Positions 24,383 to 32,000 of a stretch of 32,000 bases of DNA are shown piece after piece. The notes under the pieces were generated by a model, which ran no database searches, was not told where the DNA came from, and saw only the letters and a list, made by a program, of their open reading frames with translations. Numbering within the stretch: position 1 is the first letter of the stretch; every line of letters starts with the position of its first letter. Source of the DNA: Mycoplasma mycoides subsp. capri (GTDB lineage: Bacteria > Bacillota_I > Bacilli_A > Mycoplasmatales > Mycoplasmataceae); contig NZ_CP065581.1 in NCBI RefSeq assembly GCF_018389705.1, forward strand, positions 720,001-752,000, in the 5' to 3' direction. The position numbers were made by a program, and so were the translations under genes.

Positions 24383-24856
24383 ATGTCAAAAGAAATTATT
24401 TTAACTCAAGAAGGATTAGAAGAATTAAAAGCAGAACTTAAACATCTTTTAGAAGTTGTTAGACCTAAAGTAATTGAAGAATTAGTTGAAGCACGTAATC
24501 AAGGAGATTTAAGTGAAAATGCTGATTATGATGCTGCTAGAAACAGACAAGCTGAAGTTGAAGCAAGAATTAAAGAAGTTGAAACTTTAATTAATAGAGC
24601 TAAAGTTATTGATGATTCTAAAACTCATTCAACTGGTGAAGTTAAAATTGGATCAACTGTACAATTTGTTTCAAGTTTAGATAATAAATTAAAAGAAATT
24701 AAAATTGTTGGTGCTATTGAAGCTGATCCTTTTTCTAATCTAATTTCTAATGAATCACCAATAGCTAAAGCTATAATTGGTAAAAAAGTTAATACTACTG
24801 TTGAAATTAAAGATATTTCAAAACCTTACAAAATCACAATTAAAAGCATTAAATAA
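24383..24856 (+). CDS. greA: Transcription elongation factor GreA
   Basis: LTQEGLEELKAELKHL, EARNQGDLSENADYDAARNRQAEVEARI; strong RBS AAGGAG. Confidence 0.96.
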   Translation: MSKEIILTQEGLEELKAELKHLLEVVRPKVIEELVEARNQGDLSENADYDAARNRQAEVEARIKEVETLINRAKVIDDSKTHSTGEVKIGSTVQFVSSLDNKLKEIKIVGAIEADPFSNLISNESPIAKAIIGKKVNTTVEIKDISKPYKITIKSIK

Positions 24857-24857
24857 T

Positions 24858-24886
24858 ATAGCTATTGTCATTTCAATAGCTTTTTT
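24858..24886 (+). terminator. Rho-independent terminator between greA and SDR copy 2
   Basis: AGCTATTG TCATTT CAATAGCT TTTTTT, ending only about 13 nt before the next start codon. Confidence 0.75.
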
Positions 24887-24898
24887 TATAGGAGTAAT

Positions 24899-25621
24899 AT
24901 GAAAAAATTAGTTGTTATTACTGGAGCAAGTTCTGGAATCGGTTTAGCTTGTGCTAAGTATTTTTCAGATAAAGGTCATCCTTTATTAATACTTGCAAGA
25001 AGAAAAGAATTATTAGATGATTTAAACTTACCAAATACTTTAACTGCTAGAGTTGATGTTAGAGATTTTAATCAATTAGATCAAGCAATTAAACAAGCAG
25101 AAAATATATATGGTCCAGTTGATCTATTAATTAATAATGCTGGAATTATGATTCTAGAAAAATATCAAGATCAAAAATTAGAAGATAAATACAATATGAT
25201 TGATATTAACATCAAAGGTGTTATTAATGGAATGGATGCTGTTTTAAAAAGTATGTTAAAACAAAATCATGGAACAATAGTTAATATTTCAAGTGTTGCA
25301 GCTAGATATACTTATACTGATCATTCAGTTTATTGTGGATCTAAATATGCCATTAACGCAATAACTGAACAATTAAGAAGAGAACTAAGTCATACTAATA
25401 TTAGATTTACTTTAATTGAACCAGCAATTGTTAATACTAATTTATTAAGTAGTACAACAAATAAACAAGTAAAAGATGATTATCAAAAATCAATTGATGA
25501 AATCAATGGTGGATTAAAACCAGAACAAATTGCTCAAACTATTTATTATGTATATTCACTACCAGATGATGTGATGATTCCTGAATTAATGATTGCTCAC
25601 ACTAATGAATCTGAAGTTTAA
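24899..25621 (+). CDS. Short-chain dehydrogenase/reductase (copy 2)
   Basis: TGASSGIG, NNAG, YCGSK motifs; paralogue of 17045..17764. Confidence 0.9.
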   Translation: MKKLVVITGASSGIGLACAKYFSDKGHPLLILARRKELLDDLNLPNTLTARVDVRDFNQLDQAIKQAENIYGPVDLLINNAGIMILEKYQDQKLEDKYNMIDINIKGVINGMDAVLKSMLKQNHGTIVNISSVAARYTYTDHSVYCGSKYAINAITEQLRRELSHTNIRFTLIEPAIVNTNLLSSTTNKQVKDDYQKSIDEINGGLKPEQIAQTIYYVYSLPDDVMIPELMIAHTNESEV

Positions 25622-26314
25622 TTATAATCTATTAATAAATTCTTTAATAAGTAAGTTAAATGAATGATTAAATTCATTTTCTAAAATACAATAATAAACT
25701 ATTTTTAAATAATCTAGTTCTTTAATTTTTTTAGTTTTATATAATCTAGTTACATATTTATTTGTTCATCTAACAAACTCAGTAGAATTAAATAATTGAT
25801 TATTAATATTTTCATTATACAAATCTTTTAAATTAGATTTATATTGATTTGGAATTAGTTTTAAAACTTCAATAGTAAACCTTTGAAATTTATCTTTTAA
25901 AGTTTTATTTGAAATCATTAAAACTAATTCTTTTTTATTTAAAATCTGATCATCATCTAATTGGTTATAAAAATCAATCATTGCTAAAATAGCAAAATTA
26001 AATCCAACTAATCTAATATATGTTCTGATCTGATTTTGAAATTTAGCTAGTAATTTTTTATTAGTTAATATATGAGATAGTTTTGGATTAAAAAAATGTA
26101 AGTAATTATTAGTTGATCTAAAAAACTTATCCAAACTTACTTGTTCAATCGTATTAAAATCTAAATAATCATTTGGATTCAAATTAAAATGTGAAATGAA
26201 TTTTTTTAATTTAAATATTAGTTTATTTATTTTTTTATTTCACCAAGGATTAATGTGACTATATGAGTTTAAGTCTTTAGATTTTAGTTCTCTTAGTCTA
26301 TAAATTTCAATCAT
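25622..26314 (-). CDS. Hypothetical protein (230 aa)
   Basis: Single frame under code 4 containing track ORF 25766..26182; starts MIEIYRLRELKSKDLNSYSHINPWWNKKINKL. Converges with SDR copy 2 with zero spacer. Confidence 0.7.
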
Positions 26315-26395
26315 TTCTTATGCTCTTTTCTATATTATATATTAAAATAAAATATTACTAGTAATGTATAATTAAGGTAGTTTAAAGGAGTTTTT

Positions 26396-27085
26396 ATGAA
26401 TAAAAAAGAGATATTTAACACTGATTTTTTTGAATCAGGTTTAGCTTATATTCTAACTAATTTAGATTTTATTCAAGAAGAATTAGAACAAGAAAAACTA
26501 CAAACTAGTCTAGTAGAAAAATTAATAACTGATTTTGAAGATGTTGAAGATTATGAAACATGAGATTTATTAACTAATAATTTAATTCAATCTGAAGATA
26601 AGATTTTAGAAGAAATTCTAAAAATAAAAGACTCAACAAAATTCAATTTATTAAATAGTTATTTTTTAGCAAAAAATCTTGCTATTTATTTAAAGTCTAA
26701 TAGTTTTTTAATAGAACAAATAAACAAATTACAAACAAATTCTCCTGATGATTTATCAGAAGATAAAAAAGAAGAATTTATTAATAACTTAAAACAAGAA
26801 ATTTTAAAAAATAATTCAGAATTATACAAACAAAATGAAAAATTATTTAAAGAAATATTTGATAAAAAAGTTGAGTTTAAAAAAATCTATCAACTTTTAA
26901 TTAAAGAAACTGAGTTTGAAGATTTTAATTACGCAAATGAATTATTATTTAATATGTTAAATAACAGCTTCAAATTTAATAACAAACAAGATTTATTAAA
27001 ATTAGAAGTTTTAAATAATGCTCAATCTTTAATAGATTTTCTTACTTTTTATGAATCTAGTTTATTTGATGATGAAGAAGAATAA
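26396..27085 (+). CDS. Hypothetical acidic protein (229 aa)
   Basis: Strong RBS AAAGGAG; continuous frame under code 4: MNKKEIFNTDFFESGLAYILTNLDFIQEELEQEK...SSLFDDEEE. Confidence 0.75.
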
Positions 27086-27087
27086 AA

Positions 27088-27666
27088 ATGTCTAGTAAAC
27101 TAATAGCAATAATAATTTTTACAGTTATTTATTTAATTTTTTTATTAATAACTTTTATATTAACTTATTTTTATCAAATTAAAAATAAAGATTTTATTGA
27201 ATTTAATAAAAAATATCTAAATGAATGAAGCAAATATAAGTTTGATAATAAAAACTCAACATTAAATCAAATTGATTTTAAATATCAATTACCAGAAAAT
27301 GAAATTGGATTATTTCAAAAAGAACTTTTAATATCAGGAATTAATCAAAAAATTAAAGATTATAAAGATTATTTTGATGATGATTATTTAATATTAAAAA
27401 AGAGTTTAAGTTTATATCAAACTACAAGTTATGACTTTAAACAAGTGAAATTATATTTAACTAATCTACATTTAGTAATTGATGATAACAATCAATTTTA
27501 TAAATATAAAATTAGTGAAATTAAAAGTTGTAGTATTTGTGTGATTAGAGATAAAAATCTTTTACAAAAAGGTTGTGTTTTAAAAACAAATGATCAAAGT
27601 CTAACAATTTTAGGGGATGTTTTTTTACTAGTATTATCTATTAAAAAACTTAAAAAGGAGTTTTAA
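27088..27666 (+). CDS. Hypothetical protein, N-terminal TM and possible PH/GRAM-like C-terminal domain (192 aa)
   Basis: MSSKLIAIIIFTVIYLIFLLITFILTYFYQ...; VKLYLTNLHLVIDDNNQFYKYKISEIKS resembles bacterial PH-like strands (inference). Starts 3 nt after the previous stop. Confidence 0.7.
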
Positions 27667-27667
27667 T

Positions 27668-28228
27668 ATGAAAGTTGATTATTCAGCAAGTATCGTTTTA
27701 AGTTTTACAGTTTTTATATTAACTTTAGTATTATTTTTAATAAATTTTTATTGATTAAGCAAAGTAAAAAAGATTTATAACCAAATAAAAGATCAAAACC
27801 TAGAATTTAATTTTAATAAAAATAGATATTCAAATATTAAGTCAATAAATATTTTTAATTGCATATTTTGACTTTGTATTCTAGTAATTTTTACAATTTT
27901 AAAATTTAAAAATTTATTAAATGAAAATTTTTTATACGAGTTAATAATAATAGGTTCAATCATGTGTGAATTTTTTATTTTTGTAATTTTAACTTACTTA
28001 ATATCTAATTTAATATTTGTTAAAACTGAAAAGTATTTAGTTATAGTTAATAGATTAATTGATTTAAGATCTGTTTTTAAAATTGAAATTTCAGAACGAT
28101 TTATAAAAGTTATTTATATAAATGCATTTCATACAAAAAGTAGATTATGATTTTATAATACAAATAATTTAGATCAATGATTTGAAACACACTTTAAAGA
28201 ATTAATCAGAAAGGATAAACAATGATAA
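27668..28228 (+). CDS. Hypothetical membrane protein (186 aa)
   Basis: Two hydrophobic regions; RBS AAAGGAG; ends CAA TGA(Trp) TAA, overlapping the engB start. Confidence 0.7.
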
Positions 28229-28812
28229 AACAAGCTAGTTTTATAACTTCAGCAGCAAATAAAAGCAATTGAATTAATGATGATGTTAGTGAAATTTGTT
28301 TAATTGGTAGAAGTAATGTTGGAAAATCTAGTTTTATAAATTCACTTACAAATAATAATAAACTAGCAAAAATCTCAAATACTCCTGGGAAAACTAGATT
28401 ATTAAATTTTTTTGAAATCAATAAAGGAGAGTATCGCTTAGTTGATGCTCCAGGATATGGTTATGCTAAAGTTGATGATAATTTAAAAATTCAATTTGCA
28501 AAAATGATGGAAGAATATTTTATTAATCGCAAAAATTTAAAAGGGGTTTTTTTATTATTAGATCTAAGACATAAACCTAGTAATGATGATATAATGATGT
28601 ATCAATTTTTAAAACATTACAATATACCAGTTGTTATAATTGGTACTAAATTAGATAAATTAAAAAAGAGTGAATATATTAAAAATGAAAAAATGATCAA
28701 AGAAACAATAAATTTTTATCAAGAAGATGACTTTATTAAGATTTCTAATTTAGATAAGACTAATATTATTAAGTGTTATGAGTTAATAGATAAACTTTTA
28801 GGGAGTAAATAG
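28222..28812 (+). CDS. engB: Ribosome biogenesis GTPase EngB/YsxC
   Basis: GRSNVGKSSFINSL, TPGKTRLLNFFEI, DAPGYGYAKV, GTKLDKLK motifs. Confidence 0.93.
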
Positions 28813-28820
28813 TTTTATAT

Positions 28821-31727
28821 ATGGATAATTTAGAGCAAAAAACGATTCACGAAGTTCAACAAGAACTAAATACAAATATTAAAACTGGATTATCAAATCA
28901 AACAGCTAGTGAATTACTAATTAAAAATGGTAAAAATGAACTAGCAAAAAATAAGCAAACTCCAGCTATTTTAATCTTTTTAAAATCTTTAATTCAACCG
29001 ATTCAAATTGTTTTATTTATTGCTGCAATTATTTCAGTAATTGCTCCATTAATTTCATCTAAACACTTTGAGGTTAAATTTGATGATTTTATTGATTTTA
29101 TAGTAATTATGGGTGTTATTTTATTAGATGCTACTTTAGAAACTGTTCAACAAATCAAAGCCAGAAAATCAGTTGATGCTTTAAAATCACTTTCTAAACC
29201 ATCTGCTGTTGTTTTAAGAGATTCAATTGTTAAAGAAATTGATGCTAGTGAATTAGTAGTTGGTGATATTGTAATATTAGAAGCCGGAAAATATGTTCCA
29301 GCAGATTTACGCTTATTAGAATCAAGTGATTGTATGGTTGAAGAATCAATTCTAACTGGTGAATCAGTTCCAGTTGAAAAAAGTAGTAAATCAATTAAAC
29401 AAACAAATATTTTAGCTGAAAAGAAAAATATTTGTTTTATGTCAACTTTTGTAACTTCAGGAAGAGCAATTGGAGTTGTTATTAAAACTGGGATTGATAC
29501 AGAAATTGGAAAAATTTCTAAAACAATTTCAGATAATGAAGAACAAGTAACACCACTAGAAAAGAAAATGAATAGATTTAGTTATTTAATTTCTATTCTT
29601 GCAATTATTATTAGTATTTTTGTATTTATTAGTTTTATGATTTCATCAAACAAAAGCAATTGAGCTACTTATTTAATGATTTCTATAACTTTAGCAATTG
29701 GTGTTATTCCTGAATCACTTTCTGCTATTGTTTCTATTGCTTTATCTTTTGCTACAAAAAGAATGGCAAAAAATAATGTTATTGTTAAAAAATTAGAAAG
29801 TATTGAAACTTTAGGATCAGTTAATGTTATTTGTACTGATAAAACTGGAACATTAACTCAAAATAAAATGGCTATTAAAAAACTGATTTGAAATAATGAA
29901 ATTATTTTAGCTGACGAATTTATCAATAAAACTAAAAACGAACAGGCAAAGAACTTGTTTTTAAAATCTTTAGTCTTACCAAATGATTCAATAACTGAAA
30001 ATGATGAAAGAATTGGAGATCCAACTGAACTTGCGTTAGTTGATTTTGCTGAACAAATGCAAATTGATGAACAAGAGTTTAGAAAGAAATATCCAAGAAT
30101 TTTTGAAATACCTTTTGATAGTGAACGTAAATTAATGACAACTGTTAATGTTTTAGAAAATGAACAACAATTTGTTTTTACAAAAGGTGCTTTAGATCAA
30201 ATATTAAAAAAATGTACTAAGATTTTTATTAATAATAAAGTTGTTAAATTAACTAATACTCACAAAAAAGAAATTAAAAAGCTTTCAACTTCATTAAGTG
30301 ATGATGCTTTAAGAGTTTTAGGATTTGGTGTAAAACAAATTATAACTCAAGATCAAAAAACTGAAGATGATTTAATTTTTATAGGAGCAGTTGGAATGAT
30401 TGATCCTATAAGAAAAGAAGCTTTAATTGCTATTCAACAAGCAAAAGCAGCTGGTATTAAAACAATTATGATAACTGGTGATCATGCAATTACTGCTTTA
30501 GCAATAGCAAGAGATTTGGAATTAGCTTATACTCAATATGAAGTAATGTCTTCTGAAAAACTAGAACAATACACTGATCAAGAATTAGAAAGTGCTATTG
30601 ATAATATTAAAATTTTTGCAAGAGTTAATCCTGAACATAAAGTGAGAATTGTTCAAGCTTTACAAAAAAAAGGATATATTGTTTCAATGACAGGTGATGG
30701 AGTTAATGATGCTCCAAGTTTAGCAATAGCTGATATTGGTGTTGCTATGGGTGTTAGTGGAACTGATGTTGCAAAACAAGCTGCTGATGTCATTTTAACT
30801 AATGATGATCTAAATACAATGATGGTTGGAGTCTTAGAAGGACGTAATGTTTATCAAAAAATCAGAAGAGCTATTGTTTTATTATTAGGATTTAATTTTG
30901 CAAATGTTATAAGTATTGTAATTATTTCTTTATTATTAAAAATTTCTCCACTAACTGCTACAAATATTTTATTTATCAATTTAGTTGTTGATTCTTGTTT
31001 AGCTTTTGGAATTGGAATGAGCCCAATTGATAGAACACTTTTAAAAAATAAACCTCAATTAAGAAATAAAAGTATACTTAATGAAATAATATGACCATTA
31101 TTTAAAGTAGGTTTATCTTTATCAGTTGCTCAAATTATTTCATTTATAATTGGAATGTCAGCAACAAATCTTGATTATTATAATAATTTAAGCAGTTATA
31201 CTAAGGCTCAAAATTGATTTTTATTTATTCAACAAAATAATCAAATTCTATTATCTAATATAGAAGATATGCATGACTTTGTAGTTTTTGGAAGAACTAG
31301 TATGTTTATTACAAGTATTATTTCACCAATTTTATTTACACATTTAATCAAACTAACTAATTGAAAAGATACTAAAAAAATAGATTGAACTATTTCAAAA
31401 CCTCTAATTTATTCATGTATAATCGCTTTATTAATTTCAATAATTGTTTTTTCAATACCTGTGTTTAATTCAAAAGTATTTGGTTTAGCTGGTATTAATG
31501 ATACAAAAGCATATATTAATTGAAGTTCTAAAAATATGTGAATTTTATTTTCAAGTTTAGCATGTGCTTTAATTCCGTTTACATTTATATTAATAACTGA
31601 TGCTATTGAATTTTATTCATATCACTTATCAAATAGAACATGAGAAAAAAGACAAAAACTAATAAAACAAATTATAGATCAAGAACAAAAAGAAAAACTT
31701 AGAGAAGATAAAAAAAATCAAGGGTAA
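28821..31727 (+). CDS. Cation-translocating P-type ATPase (likely P2, Ca2+-type; 968 aa)
   Basis: LTGESVPVEK, CTDKTGTLTQNKM, GDGVNDAPSLAIADIGVAMG, M4 motif GVIPESLSA; in-frame join of four track ORFs plus the C-terminal extension past the TGA at 31094. Confidence 0.9.
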
Positions 31728-31735
31728 CCTTGATT
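31711..31735. terminator. Bidirectional rho-independent terminator
   Basis: AAAAAATCAAGG GTAA CCTTGATTTTTT between converging genes. Confidence 0.75.
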
Positions 31736-31753
31736 TTTTATTTACTTTAATTA

Positions 31754-32000
31754 TTAAGATTCTAAAGAAGTTTTAATAATAAATCTTTTTTGTGGATAGA
31801 ATTTTGAAACTTCTTTATAGAAATTAATTTTGTCTTGTAAAGCTTGCATTTTTTTGTTGTGAAGTTTTGTTAATCTATCTTTACCAACAGAACCTTTTAA
31901 TGCAGCTTTTGCTAAATCGTGATTTTGTTTTTGAGTCTTTTTGAAATCAGATTTTAATTTTTGATATCTTAACTTATCATCATTAGTAAGTGACTGACTC
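31754..32000 (-). CDS. Hypothetical basic protein, C-terminal part (continues beyond right edge)
   Basis: Reverse frame open to the window end: ...LTNDDKLRYQKLKSDFKKTQKHDLAKAALKGSVGKDRLTKLHNKKMQALQDKINFYKEVSKFYPQKRFIIKTSLES*. Confidence 0.65.
   Translation of the reverse strand, partial: SQSLTNDDKLRYQKLKSDFKKTQKQNHDLAKAALKGSVGKDRLTKLHNKKMQALQDKINFYKEVSKFYPQKRFIIKTSLES

Noticed and set aside
28206-28421. Minus-strand ORF of 71 aa
   Set aside because: Antisense to engB; coding evidence for engB is much stronger.
1-32000. Mobile elements, phage defence systems, tRNA or rRNA genes
   Set aside because: I saw no transposase, integrase, restriction/defence signature, tRNA cloverleaf or rRNA sequence. 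tRNA absence was judged by eye only; tRNAscan-SE would settle it.
31754-32000. Initial guess that the right-edge minus-strand gene is ribosomal protein S15
   Set aside because: The translated C-terminus does not match the S15 ending or motifs; left as hypothetical.

Overview
This is an AT-rich, gene-dense mollicute chromosome segment. Gene content and order look like the Mycoplasma mycoides/capricolum group (inference). TGA must be read as Trp (genetic code 4), so the supplied standard-code ORF track splits many genes; I rebuilt them by joining in-frame pieces. Content from left to right: an incomplete minus-strand membrane protein; a 1773-aa FtsX-like permease; tsaB and tsaE (minus strand); a TM protein, then prpC/PP2C, prkC, rsgA, rpe and a thiN-like gene; valS; nadK; an SDR gene; an RNase J-like gene; an APC permease; an FtsK-4TM-like membrane protein; uvrC; greA; a second SDR paralogue; a minus-strand hypothetical; three small hypotheticals; engB/ysxC; a P-type ATPase; and an incomplete minus-strand hypothetical at the right edge. 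I found no mobile element, CRISPR array, tRNA or rRNA. The most notable observations are: (1) the RNase J-like protein has lost nearly all canonical metal-binding motifs (THGHEDH replaced by TNPSAYN, THSIPDS by TSSSPQS, SGH by SMR, PxHGEY by PVKALY), so it looks like an intact, non-decayed pseudoenzyme; (2) a stand-alone FtsK/SpoIIIE-type N-terminal membrane domain without a motor; (3) a PrkC-type kinase with no extracellular sensor, co-transcribed with an uncharacterised single-TM protein; (4) a thiN-position protein with eroded active-site motifs; (5) two close SDR paralogues forming a direct repeat around rnj/uvrC/greA; (6) a giant permease with two FtsX modules and no adjacent ATPase.
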